Assembly (NCBI GenBank): GCA_023145965.1
Contig: JAGLDC010000007.1
Location: 5,574 to 69,573 of the forward strand
Direction: 5' to 3'
Source: a bacterium
GTDB lineage: Bacteria; UBP14; UBA6098
DNA length: 64,000 bases
Shown: one piece after another, positions 55,530 through 64,000 of the stretch
How positions within the stretch are numbered: position 1 is the first letter of the stretch
How the letters are laid out: each line of letters starts with the position of its first letter
Position numbers and translations under genes: made by a program
The notes under the pieces: model-generated
The model's input: only the letters and a program-made list of their open reading frames with translations
What the model was told of the DNA's origin: nothing
Database searches by the model: none

Positions 55530-56891
55530 CTACTTTAAATGTGAAACTCCAGACGACAATAACTTTCCACTTCCAAGTTTATATATTTTGTTATCGAGTC
55601 CTGTGAAGTCTTTTAGTGCGTTACGACCATCGAAAATTAGCTTAGCTTTATCGACTATCCGAGCCCAATCATATGTCTTATGATTAGTCGAGATAAGCAC
55701 CAAGTCAGCATTTTCGAGAAGTTCGTCTGTCAGTTCGACAGACTTGAATTCTCTATTTTTCCAAGTGATGCTTGGAACAAAAGGATCATTATAAACAACT
55801 TCGGCGCCTTTAGAATCGAGGATTTCTAATAGATCGAGACTTGGAGATTCCCTTACATCGGATATGTCGTTTTTGTAAGCCATACCCAAAAGAACGATCT
55901 TGGAGCCTTTTATTGCTTTTCCGAATTTATTGAAAAGTTCACCAACCTGAGAAACAACATATGCTGGCATGTTTCCGTTGATCTCGCCAGCTAATTCTAT
56001 AAAGCGCGCGTAGTAATTAAGACTCTTTAGCTTCCAAGAAAGGTAATGTGGGTCGATAGGAATGCAATGCCCGCCGAGTCCCGGGCCGGGATAAAAAGGC
56101 ATAAAACCAAAAGGTTTTGTTGCAGCGGCATTAATTATTTCCCATACATCTACGCCAAGGCGATCACACATAAGCGCAAGCTCGTTAACCAAGCCGATAT
56201 TAACACTGCGGAAAGTATTCTCGAGGAGTTTGACCATTTCGGCTGCTTTTGTAGATGAAACCGGAATAGCCTTCTCGATTGTTTTTTCATAGAACTCCAT
56301 CGCTATCTTTGTGCAAGCGGGGGTGACACCACCGACAATTTTCGGAGTGTTAAAAGTCTGGTAAGTCGGATTTCCCGGGTCCACTCGTTCGGGAGAGAAG
56401 GCGAGGAAAATGTCCTCGCCGACTTTAAAGCCGGTTTCCTCTAATATCGGAAGTATAAGTTCTTCGGTAGTGCCGGGATAGGTTGTTGACTCAAGGATCG
56501 AGATAGTTCCCTTTTTAAGATACTTTCTTATCTTCTCGGTTGCATCGAGAATATAGGAAACATCAGGGTCTTTTGTTTTGTTAAGTGGAGTAGGAACGCA
56601 TATAAGGATAATATCTGCCTGTGCCATGACTGAAGGATCGGTGGTGCATTTCATAAGACCACTGTTGACCAGATCGGCTACGGTTTCAGCAGGAATATCG
56701 TCAACATCGGAACCACCCGAGTTCAAAGTATTAACTTTTTTCTCTGAAACATCATAACCATCTACATGAAAACCGACCTTACAGGCCTCTACTGCAAGAG
56801 GTAATCCGACATATCCCATTCCTATAACGCACACTCGTGCGTTACAATCCTGAACTTTTTTCGATAAGATTTCGGCGGTTAAATTTGCCAT
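55530..56891 (-). CDS. Nucleotide-sugar dehydrogenase (UDP-GlcNAc/ManNAc 6-dehydrogenase family, WbpA/WecC-like)
   Basis: Rossmann motif VCVIGMGYVGLPLAVE. Catalytic-Cys region GLGGHCIPID. Confidence 0.85.
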   Translation of the reverse strand: MANLTAEILSKKVQDCNARVCVIGMGYVGLPLAVEACKVGFHVDGYDVSEKKVNTLNSGGSDVDDIPAETVADLVNSGLMKCTTDPSVMAQADIILICVPTPLNKTKDPDVSYILDATEKIRKYLKKGTISILESTTYPGTTEELILPILEETGFKVGEDIFLAFSPERVDPGNPTYQTFNTPKIVGGVTPACTKIAMEFYEKTIEKAIPVSSTKAAEMVKLLENTFRSVNIGLVNELALMCDRLGVDVWEIINAAATKPFGFMPFYPGPGLGGHCIPIDPHYLSWKLKSLNYYARFIELAGEINGNMPAYVVSQVGELFNKFGKAIKGSKIVLLGMAYKNDISDVRESPSLDLLEILDSKGAEVVYNDPFVPSITWKNREFKSVELTDELLENADLVLISTNHKTYDWARIVDKAKLIFDGRNALKDFTGLDNKIYKLGSGKLLSSGVSHLK

Positions 56892-56927
56892 CGATTTCTC
56901 CTTCTAGGTCTTATTAGTGTTTTTTGT

Positions 56928-58841
56928 TTATCTAATTGAAGTGCCGGGAGGAAGATCCCCATCCACGGTTAACACTTTAACTGCATCGCCCGCTCCGGCA
57001 GCTAATAACATACCTTGGGATTCATATCCTCTTATTTTAGCCGGTTCGAGGTTGATAACTACTACAATTGTCTTGCCAATTAATTCCTCTGGTCTATACC
57101 AAGGGGCAATACCGGCGACAATTTGACGGATTTCAGTGCCTAGATCGACTTTTAGAAGTAAAAGCTTGTCTGCATTCGGAGCGCTGACGCAGTCGATCAC
57201 TTTTCCGAGGGCTAATTTGATCTTGGCGAAATGCCCGATATCGATAAGTCCCTCAGCGGAATCGGTTGTCGGAAGGGGATGATCCTTCCCTTGAATCTCT
57301 TTCATCATTTCCTTTTTATCTATACGTGGGAATAGCGGTAAACCAACAGTTATTCGACGATTAGCACGCAAAACACCCCATTCGAAGGCCTTATCTAGCT
57401 CGATGTTGCCTTTTTCGATCCCCAGCCTAAGTCTTAGTTCTTCACATGTGTCGGGCATCACAGGCCAGAATAGAATCGAGCAAATTCTAAGAGCTTCCGC
57501 AGCATTGTATAAAACTGTTGCTAAGCGTTCGTATTCTCCCAGTTTTGCCAATTTCCAAGGAGCGGTGCGTTCGAGATAGCGGTTAGTTTCTGAAACTAAT
57601 TGATTAGCAGCCTCTAATCCCCTGGAAAGTCTGAATGACCAAACTTCATCTCGAAGTTTGGTCGCAGTTTTTTGGGCAGTTTCTTTAAGCTCAATCTCAT
57701 CATCGTGAGCCTCTCCGGGATTAGGAATAATGCCTTTGAAATTTTGTTGAATAAGGCCGAGAACGCGACTCGTTAAGTTGCCGAAATCATTTGCTAAATC
57801 GGTGTTGAGTCGTAGTATCATCGACTCGAACGAAAACTGCGAATCGTTTGCAATTACGCTATCACGGATGAGGAAATAGCGGAGTGCATCTGCCCCCATA
57901 AGCTTGATAAGTTTGGAAATGGGGACGGCATTACCGAGAGACTTTCCCATTTTAACATCCTCTACCATCCACCAACCATGGCTGAATACAGTTTTTGGTG
58001 GTTCGATACCGAGGGCATGCAACATCGTAGGCCAATAAACAGCATGAGTAGTAACTATGTCTTTTGCCATTAAATGGATATCTGCTGGCCAGCGGTATTC
58101 GAATTTGCCCATTTGCTCGGGCCAACCAATAGCCGTAATATAATTAAGCAAGGCATCAAACCAGACATAACAAACGAAATCCTTATCGAAAGGAAGCTCG
58201 ATTCCCCAAGAGAGGCGATCTTTTGGTCTGGAAATGCAAAGGTCGTTCAGAGGGCGCCGCAAAAAGCCCAAAATTTCGTTGCGTCTCGACTCAGGTTTAA
58301 TGAAATCGGGGTGTTGATTAATATGATCGATTAGCCATTGTTGATGCTTACCCATGCGGAAGAAATAATTCTTTTCAGTAAGTTTCTTGACGGGGCGATG
58401 GCAATCGGGACACTTTCCATCCTGAATATCTTTTTCTGTCCAGAATCTTTCGCAGGGTGTGCAATACCATCCACTGTATTCATCTTGATAGATATCCCCG
58501 AGTTCCCAGAGCATATTAAGTGCATGTTTAACGGCCTTCTCATGAGCTTTATCAGTCGTTCTTATGAAGTGGTCGTAATTGATATTCAGCTCTTTCCAAA
58601 ACCTCTTAAAATTTTTCACATAAATATCACAATGTTGTTTTGGTGTCATACCTTTAGAGGAAGCGGCTTCAGCAACTTTTTGACCATGTTCGTCGGTTCC
58701 AGTGAGAAAAAACACCTCTTCTCCAGCGATCTTTCTGTAGCGTGAAATGGTGTCCGCGAGGACAGTAGTATATGCATGTCCAAGATGCGGATTATCATTT
58801 ACATAATATAGAGGTGTAGTGATGAAAAATGGCTTATCCAT
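56928..58841 (-). CDS. metG: Methionine--tRNA ligase with a C-terminal tRNA-binding (EMAP-like) domain
   Basis: HIGH motif NPHLGHAYT, KMSKS variant KMGKSLGN, Zn knuckle CPDCHRP, and a C-terminal OB-fold. Confidence 0.9.
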   Translation of the reverse strand: MDKPFFITTPLYYVNDNPHLGHAYTTVLADTISRYRKIAGEEVFFLTGTDEHGQKVAEAASSKGMTPKQHCDIYVKNFKRFWKELNINYDHFIRTTDKAHEKAVKHALNMLWELGDIYQDEYSGWYCTPCERFWTEKDIQDGKCPDCHRPVKKLTEKNYFFRMGKHQQWLIDHINQHPDFIKPESRRNEILGFLRRPLNDLCISRPKDRLSWGIELPFDKDFVCYVWFDALLNYITAIGWPEQMGKFEYRWPADIHLMAKDIVTTHAVYWPTMLHALGIEPPKTVFSHGWWMVEDVKMGKSLGNAVPISKLIKLMGADALRYFLIRDSVIANDSQFSFESMILRLNTDLANDFGNLTSRVLGLIQQNFKGIIPNPGEAHDDEIELKETAQKTATKLRDEVWSFRLSRGLEAANQLVSETNRYLERTAPWKLAKLGEYERLATVLYNAAEALRICSILFWPVMPDTCEELRLRLGIEKGNIELDKAFEWGVLRANRRITVGLPLFPRIDKKEMMKEIQGKDHPLPTTDSAEGLIDIGHFAKIKLALGKVIDCVSAPNADKLLLLKVDLGTEIRQIVAGIAPWYRPEELIGKTIVVVINLEPAKIRGYESQGMLLAAGAGDAVKVLTVDGDLPPGTSIR

Positions 58842-58879
58842 ATTTTGCTTCCTTTTTTGACTCTGAAAAATAATTATAT

Positions 58880-58908
58880 AATATAAATTTTATTTATCTC
58901 CGTGTCAA
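58880..58908 (-). promoter_or_regulatory. Sigma70-type promoter for metG (minus strand: TTGACA-N17-TATATT)
   Basis: Reverse complement of 58903-58908 is TTGACA. Reverse complement of 58880-58885 is TATATT. It lies ~38 nt upstream of the metG ATG, with AAGGAAG as SD. Confidence 0.5.
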
Positions 58909-58937
58909 TCCATCTTTCTCGTTTTCAGGAACTTCTG

Positions 58938-59004
58938 CTTCCTAAAATATATGTAAGAATTAATGTGACAGTAGCATTCTTTATTTATGCATAGTTTTAG
59001 GAAG
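58938..59004. repeat. 10-bp inverted repeat (CTTCCTAAAA / TTTTAGGAAG) separated by 47 nt in the AT-rich divergent intergenic region
   Basis: Read directly: 58938-58947 and 58995-59004 are reverse complements. Confidence 0.4.
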
Positions 59005-59142
59005 AATAATTATGTCGAATTCACATTGTCATTAGCAATTTTATAATTCAATGAAAAAGAAAATATACTCCTAATGTCGGAAATCATAATTAATATAATT
59101 TTTTTTGTATTACACATTAAACAATTAATTGAACTTTTACCC

Positions 59143-59171
59143 TTGACACACAAGCGATTGAGGTATATAAT
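59143..59171 (+). promoter_or_regulatory. Consensus sigma70 promoter TTGACA-N17-TATAAT driving tRNA-Glu
   Basis: TTGACA at 59143-59148 and TATAAT at 59166-59171, both perfect hexamers with a 17-nt spacer. The tRNA starts ~20 nt downstream. Confidence 0.65.
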
Positions 59172-59191
59172 TTGCTCGAATTTTTAAATAG

Positions 59192-59266
59192 GGCGGTATC
59201 GTCTAGGGGTTAGGACAGATGGTTCTCAGCCACCAAACCGGGGTTCGATTCCCCGTACCGCTACCA
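59192..59266 (+). tRNA. tRNA-Glu (anticodon CUC), 75 nt with encoded CCA
   Basis: Manual fold: acceptor GGCGGTA/TACCGCT (G1-U72 wobble), D-stem GTCT/GGAC, anticodon stem GATGG/CCACC (one A-C mismatch), loop TTCTCAG giving anticodon CTC, variable loop of 4 nt, T-arm CGGGG-TTCGATT-CCCCG. The D-arm resembles tRNA-Glu (TCGTCTAG..GGACA). Confidence 0.75.
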
Positions 59267-59272
59267 GTTTAT

Positions 59273-59299
59273 AAAAGCGGGTTTCTTACCCGCTTTTTA
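59273..59299 (+). terminator. Rho-independent terminator after tRNA-Glu
   Basis: AAAAGCGGGT-ttctt-ACCCGCTTTTT: a 7-10-bp GC-rich stem plus a T5 tract. Confidence 0.7.
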
Positions 59300-59352
59300 T
59301 TTATAGAAATTCAGATTGAATAATGCATTCAGATTGCTTAACCTATTCTAAA

Positions 59353-59697
59353 ATGATAACCCGAACTGACAGAATTTTCATCTATGTCTCTGATATTGAT
59401 CGAGCTATTCGTTTCTATGGCGTTACTCTCGGTCTTAAACGCATCTCCGGTTTCGAAGGCGATATACTCTTCGACACAGGCAATGTGCCGTTGATGCTTG
59501 TCCCTGGGCGAGGGCGTGGTGGAACCTACACAGGAGCTGATGTTTGCCTTTGGACAGACGATATAAACGGTGATTATGGAAGATTGGTTGTGTCTGGAGT
59601 GAATTTTTTCAAACCACCATCGCGAGAAAAATGGGGGGGATGGCTGACCGGTTTATACGATTCTGAAGGAAATCGAATATACCTCATTCAGTATTAG
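59353..59697 (+). CDS. VOC/glyoxalase-bleomycin-resistance family protein
   Basis: MITRTDRIFIYVSDIDRAIRFYGVTLGLK is a typical VOC N-terminal beta-alpha-beta-beta-beta start. ~114 aa. Confidence 0.65.
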   Translation: MITRTDRIFIYVSDIDRAIRFYGVTLGLKRISGFEGDILFDTGNVPLMLVPGRGRGGTYTGADVCLWTDDINGDYGRLVVSGVNFFKPPSREKWGGWLTGLYDSEGNRIYLIQY

Positions 59698-60260
59698 TGT
59701 TCACTTAGTTCTAATGACTCGATAAAACACTTAATTATATTCATGTCGAGTCGCGGTAAACGTGCGCCACCATTTAGAATGAATATGCTATCACCAAACT
59801 CGCCAAACCCGATAAAATACGATACCGGCTCAGCATCAAAACGACTTGATTTTTTATTGGCTTTGAATAATTCTATCTTGATCCCATTGGATGTTGAGTA
59901 TTCATGTCTGCATATTGATTCTATTGTAGCATCGTTATTATATTTAGTTAAACAATTATTAAGTGGGCCTTCGAGAGTCTCTTTTGGACCAATTATCGTG
60001 AAAAACTGGGTTTGATCGGCAGGAGGCGATTTAAATAACGCCATTCGGCAATCATTTGGAGGAAAATATCTGAACCATTGATAGGTCCAATATAAATTCT
60101 TTATTTTATAAGGATCGAAAACTATCCATCTTGGAGGAAGTCTGTAAGAAGTATTCTCTGTAGAAAAATTCTTCCATTTTTCGAGAGAGTTACCATTACA
60201 GGATAATAGAAAAGAAATTGCTACCAACAAAAATATAAAATTTAATAATCTTGCATTCAA
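59694..60260 (-). CDS. Hypothetical lipoprotein/secreted protein
   Basis: Signal peptide MNARLLNFIFLLVAISFLLSC (lipobox LLSC). No recognisable domain. Confidence 0.5.
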   Translation of the reverse strand: MNARLLNFIFLLVAISFLLSCNGNSLEKWKNFSTENTSYRLPPRWIVFDPYKIKNLYWTYQWFRYFPPNDCRMALFKSPPADQTQFFTIIGPKETLEGPLNNCLTKYNNDATIESICRHEYSTSNGIKIELFKANKKSSRFDAEPVSYFIGFGEFGDSIFILNGGARLPRLDMNIIKCFIESLELSEH

Positions 60261-60361
60261 AATACTCCAATTTTTGAAAATAAACTACTCTAGCTAGAGA
60301 TTTTAGTCAAGCGGATTTTGAAATGAATTTAAATTATACTAAAAAGGGCGGGAAAAAAGCG

Positions 60362-61951
60362 TTAATCCATGATTATGCTGTCATAACGCCATGAACGAAT
60401 TCCGTATGGAGTATTGACAAATACTGGCGAAGCATAAGCATCGGTTGTGTCAACAAGATTGGCAGCTCCGAGAAAACCAGGGAGCTGGACCATAATGACG
60501 CCATCGCCAGCGGAGGAGGCATCTGAAGAATCTATTACCTTTAAACAATATATTCCTTCATTTCCTTGAATAAAAATGTGTCGAGGCTCGTAGGAGGATG
60601 TAATCGGTATAGAAAGTGAACTATAACCATAGTTGCAAAATGAGTCTCGAGCGGCGACTTGAAAATACAAACTATCACAATAAGGGGGTGTTATTCCACT
60701 GAAAATCGTGTCTGAAACAAATGTGGTTTCCACAATGTCAGAGCATGTCTGGATTATCTCGAAAGGTGCATCTAAACCAAAAAGATCTTCCGCACTCCAA
60801 GTCAATACGAAAGGTTCTCCAACAGCGAGGGAATCGGGGCCATCGAGGGTTAATTCTGGTCCCCTTGAATCCAGGGGGCCGATATCGTGTGCTCTACTTG
60901 AAGTTGTATCTGTAATGACTATCTGCCAAATGCGGTTTAGCTCACGGTTGTGATACCAAAGATAGCTCCCATCGAAACAAAGTCCCTCGGCTCCAAGACC
61001 GATGTTTGGCACCTGATAACATCCTGTAAATGTTCGACTCGCGAGATCTGCCCTAATAATTCTGCCATAGTTATTGCTCCCCCAGAGATAACCATGTCCA
61101 TATGCAAGACCTTCCATTCCTGTGCAAGTGTCTATATGTGCCCATGTGAGGGTGTCCCAACCCGATGTAATGGGGAGAGTCGATGTTAGGTCGAATGCTA
61201 ATATGAAAATTCTATTTGACCAAATTCGGCTATCATAATAGGCAGCATATAGCGAATCGCCAATAACCTGAACGTCTTGAATAGATGAGCCATGTTCAGG
61301 AACTGTAGCAATATGAGTTTCAATTCCAGTAAATAGCTCTATACTATATATTTGAGTTGGATTCGACCCTGAACGGGCGAAATAGATTTTGTAATCTTCT
61401 GCATCAATATCGCAATTAAGTGAATCGCCTAGGAATATTGAATCGCGTGGTGGTGAGGCAACGGGATCTATATAATCCGAATAATAAAGGTAGCCGCTTG
61501 TGTAATCGTATATCCAATATGAGCCCAACATATACCCAAGACCCCAACCATAGTGTGGTCTTGTTGAAATATCTATAGAATCAATAACTTGAAATGTATC
61601 AAGAAAATTAACAACCTCGATTTGCACTATCCAATTTGTTCCATCCGTATCGGGTAGATCATGGCTCATAACCCATTCGAAGCAATGAGTCCCTGGAGTT
61701 ATTTCGAAACCGAGATCTCCATCATCGTTTATTAATGAATCCAATGGAACTGACCACGTATAGCCGGAGTCAGCGGACATAATTGCTGAAACATGCGCAG
61801 TTTCTCCTGAAAGAATGTAACAAATTTCCACAATAGTTTGGTCATCACAAATCGTATCTTGAGAGAACCAAATTTCATCGATAGTTGGATCGGCATGTAA
61901 GGCAGTCGATAGGAGAAAAATTATAAAAAATAAACTAATATATTTTTCCAT
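60362..61951 (-). CDS. Hypothetical secreted beta-rich (propeller-like) protein
   Basis: Signal peptide MEKYISLFFIIFLLSTALHA. Recurring YD/W/G-rich segments. No recognisable family. Confidence 0.5.
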   Translation of the reverse strand: MEKYISLFFIIFLLSTALHADPTIDEIWFSQDTICDDQTIVEICYILSGETAHVSAIMSADSGYTWSVPLDSLINDDGDLGFEITPGTHCFEWVMSHDLPDTDGTNWIVQIEVVNFLDTFQVIDSIDISTRPHYGWGLGYMLGSYWIYDYTSGYLYYSDYIDPVASPPRDSIFLGDSLNCDIDAEDYKIYFARSGSNPTQIYSIELFTGIETHIATVPEHGSSIQDVQVIGDSLYAAYYDSRIWSNRIFILAFDLTSTLPITSGWDTLTWAHIDTCTGMEGLAYGHGYLWGSNNYGRIIRADLASRTFTGCYQVPNIGLGAEGLCFDGSYLWYHNRELNRIWQIVITDTTSSRAHDIGPLDSRGPELTLDGPDSLAVGEPFVLTWSAEDLFGLDAPFEIIQTCSDIVETTFVSDTIFSGITPPYCDSLYFQVAARDSFCNYGYSSLSIPITSSYEPRHIFIQGNEGIYCLKVIDSSDASSAGDGVIMVQLPGFLGAANLVDTTDAYASPVFVNTPYGIRSWRYDSIIMD

Positions 61952-62013
61952 AACTGTTTAGTATAAGAATAGTTAAATCAAATATCAACAATTAAGAAAA
62001 CATAATCAAACTG

Positions 62014-63339
62014 CTATTTCAGATATAGTAGCTTGACAAAGCTTGTATTAAGCGAAGCCATTCTGGCAAAATATATACCTGCTGGGACACTTTCATTCGG
62101 TGACCAAATAGTAGGCTCACCGGTGGAAAAAGCAATTTTGACAATTAAATTTCCTTTTACATCGAAAATATCCACTTTAGAAGGCACTAGTTTTTGTATT
62201 TCTTCGCAGGTATTTTTTATTTCAATTTGCACCGCAGAATTGAAGGGATTGGGGTAAGTTTTAATTGAATATTCAGTTGGCTCGAGAGGTTTTTCTTTTG
62301 AGGATAAAGGTCCGTTATATACCCACATCACTGCGTCGGCGATAACAACATCGCCATCTATTGCGGTCCTATCTCCAAGACTGACATAACCGCCATTGCC
62401 AGCATAGAAATCGTAATTTCCCAGGTAGTGCCATTCCCCATCCAACCCTTTTTGGGAAACGAACATACTATCATTGCCAGTGCCGAAAATGCGAATAAAG
62501 ACATTATCACATCGGTTAGCCCCTGCAAGCCACCACATATAGATCGAATACTCTCCAGCATTTGGTAGATCAGGTTGCCAACGTGCCCAACTCTGGATAG
62601 TGTCGGTTCCGTCGCACCATATATAATCATCCTCCCAACCACCGGAATATGTTCCATCGTTCCATGATCCTCCTGAGGTGAATTCAGGGTCGCTATTATC
62701 GACGATTATTGAATCACCTCCAGTTCCACCCCCATAAACCGGTGCTGTTATACTACGGTGGGTGCAATAACCGTTGGCATAGGCAAAACCCTGTCGTCCT
62801 TCGTGATCGTTCCAATTTGTTAAGTAGCGCCAAGATTCGTTCCACCCAGAGGTGTAATCAATGAATGTTCCTTCTCCGAGAATGGCCGGCATCGAGGTAT
62901 GAACGAGAACATAAAAGCTGGCTGTTTTAGTTCCTCGGTTGTAATAACTATGAGCCCATATTAATTGAGGATGCACACAATCACGAAGATCGAAGCTGTT
63001 TGAACTACCACTCGTGTAACAATAGGTTTCAGTTCCCTGTACCGAGGCATCGAAGGCGTTTTCATGGATTGACATGAACCTTTCATAACCTCCTGAATTG
63101 GCTATAGAGCATCGATCATCAAGGGAAACATAGATGTCGGTGCTACGAGTCATGCCCACTGTAACGCCTGCTGATTCGAGATAGGATTTGGCATAAAAAG
63201 CCACGTCGAGGTTTGCGTTTTTTTCCCAATAAGATGGCCCTGTAGCCCCCGAGTCCGTGCCGCCGTGCCCGGGATCAAGAATAACATTTGCAGAAAAAAG
63301 GTTTAATACGATCACTAAAAGGAGGATTAATCTTTTCAT
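62014..63339 (-). CDS. N-acetylmuramoyl-L-alanine amidase (Amidase_3/AmiC family) with a T9SS C-terminal sorting domain
   Basis: N-terminal catalytic motifs ILDPGHGGTDSGATG ..EKNANLDVA.. RFMSIHENAF. A middle beta-rich domain. C-terminus YPNPFNSAVQIEI..KVDIFDVKGNLIVKI..VPAGIYFARMASLNTSFVKLLYLK fits the type-A T9SS CTD. Confidence 0.75.
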   Translation of the reverse strand: MKRLILLLVIVLNLFSANVILDPGHGGTDSGATGPSYWEKNANLDVAFYAKSYLESAGVTVGMTRSTDIYVSLDDRCSIANSGGYERFMSIHENAFDASVQGTETYCYTSGSSNSFDLRDCVHPQLIWAHSYYNRGTKTASFYVLVHTSMPAILGEGTFIDYTSGWNESWRYLTNWNDHEGRQGFAYANGYCTHRSITAPVYGGGTGGDSIIVDNSDPEFTSGGSWNDGTYSGGWEDDYIWCDGTDTIQSWARWQPDLPNAGEYSIYMWWLAGANRCDNVFIRIFGTGNDSMFVSQKGLDGEWHYLGNYDFYAGNGGYVSLGDRTAIDGDVVIADAVMWVYNGPLSSKEKPLEPTEYSIKTYPNPFNSAVQIEIKNTCEEIQKLVPSKVDIFDVKGNLIVKIAFSTGEPTIWSPNESVPAGIYFARMASLNTSFVKLLYLK

Positions 63340-64000
63340 TTATTTATCTCCTTTATGCAATCTCTGTCAAGAATAAACTGTCCATCGCTGGTAGTAAGGA
63401 GAAGGCCATGTTTAGGATTGTAATCGATATCGGTGATTATATATTCCGAGTATTCTGCGGCTATCTCGATAGCTTGAGAAATTGTAGTATCTTCAATACC
63501 AACAAATATAATATTGCTTTGGATGATCTCCTCGCCATCATCCTTCAACTGAAGTTGAATGATACCCGAGGGCTTCTCGGTGAAGAATGGTTTATCCCCA
63601 TAAGGTAGTTTTATCGATATTCTTGACAAGACATCATATAGAAAAACAACGCCGGAAATATCCTCTAAGAGGACAAATTTTCCATCTTTGGAAACAACTG
63701 GAGAGAAAAGAAATTTGGACTCATCTCCAAGCTCGATTTGCTGGGTTTGTTGATTTATTGTGTCCATCGACCAGGCTACTCCGGCTCTATCGCACCATAG
63801 GAAACCACCTTCTATTGGCACAACCAAATATGCACCACCTTGAAAAACTTCGATTAATTCGCTATGGATCGAGAAGGTATAAATTTTTTGACCATCAGAG
63901 AATACAAGATCGCCGTTTTTGTTGAATGAGGGTGGCCCAAGATTGAAATCGCCATATATAGACCGGTTTTTCTTTTTATGAGAATCATAAACAAAGACAT
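63336..64000 (-). CDS. PD40/WD40-like beta-propeller repeat protein (TolB-like), 5' end outside the window
   Basis: The frame stays open to the window edge upstream of the TTG listed by the ORF track. PD40-like repeats: SKDGKFVLLEDISGVVFLYDV, NKNGDLVFSDGQKIYTF. 4-nt overlap with the amidase start. Confidence 0.5.
   Translation of the reverse strand, partial: VFVYDSHKKKNRSIYGDFNLGPPSFNKNGDLVFSDGQKIYTFSIHSELIEVFQGGAYLVVPIEGGFLWCDRAGVAWSMDTINQQTQQIELGDESKFLFSPVVSKDGKFVLLEDISGVVFLYDVLSRISIKLPYGDKPFFTEKPSGIIQLQLKDDGEEIIQSNIIFVGIEDTTISQAIEIAAEYSEYIITDIDYNPKHGLLLTTSDGQFILDRDCIKEINK

Noticed and set aside
60362-60600. C-terminus of the 529-aa secreted protein as a possible divergent T9SS CTD
   Set aside because: The tail (..VIMVQLPGFLGAANLVDTTDAYASPVFVNTPYGIRSWRYDSIIMD) lacks the PNPFN..IxY/VYFY pattern seen in the four confident CTDs. 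Not called.
1-64000. CRISPR arrays, rRNA genes, transposases/integrases or an obvious toxin-antitoxin pair
   Set aside because: No regularly spaced direct repeats, no rRNA-like conserved stretches, and no transposase or integrase motifs (DDE, Tyr recombinase R..H..R..Y) were seen in any listed ORF.

Overview
This is a gene-dense bacterial chromosomal window of 64 kb. GC looks mid-40s percent by eye, with AT-rich intergenic regions and a lower-GC patch at about 1.2-2.8 kb. The genetic code appears standard, because TGA, TAA and TAG all terminate well-conserved genes. Several proteins end in type IX secretion system (T9SS) C-terminal sorting domains, so the source is probably an uncultivated Fibrobacteres-Chlorobi-Bacteroidetes (FCB) group type bacterium. 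That is inference only; no marker gene was checked.

Housekeeping content falls into three blocks.
- Plus strand, 0-10.6 kb: the 3' end of hpf, hprK, an NfeD-like protease, a fused radical-SAM (TIGR03960+DUF2344-like) protein and rsmB.
- Minus strand, 10.6-20.2 kb: queH, sufC with a short sufBD gene, bcp, a Na/Pi cotransporter with a PhoU-like partner, a cupin, an extended SppA, fumarase class I alpha, an ElbB-like protein and rpmA.
- Plus strand, 20.4-27.7 kb: a tightly packed array HIT, plsC, leuC, leuD, accB, pilT, accC and an IDH/IPMDH-family dehydrogenase. pilT sits between accB and accC with overlapping stop and start codons.

The most unusual region is 27.7-49.2 kb. It looks like a single transcription unit. 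It starts with a membrane-anchored MEMO1-AMMECR1 fusion protein and an M23 peptidase. Two giant secreted proteins follow (1205 and 1595 aa), each ending in a T9SS C-terminal domain. Next comes a putative PorV/PorQ-type outer-membrane barrel fused to tetratricopeptide repeats (TPR). Then comes an ExbB/TolQ/MotA homologue carrying an unusual N-terminal periplasmic domain of about 200 aa, then two ExbD paralogues and a TonB-like lipoprotein. A strong rho-independent terminator closes the unit. A 1120-aa TPR/NHL beta-propeller protein and a second TPR protein follow.

Downstream, on the minus strand, are an M23 peptidase, an M42 aminopeptidase, a ppdK interrupted by an in-frame TAA, purF, a UDP-sugar dehydrogenase and metG. 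Then come divergent near-consensus sigma70 promoters, a tRNA-Glu(CUC) with its own terminator, a VOC-family protein and a minus-strand set of secreted proteins. That set includes an Amidase_3 (AmiC-like) enzyme carrying a T9SS C-terminal domain and a PD40 beta-propeller protein truncated at the window edge.

No CRISPR array, rRNA, transposase or integrase was found.
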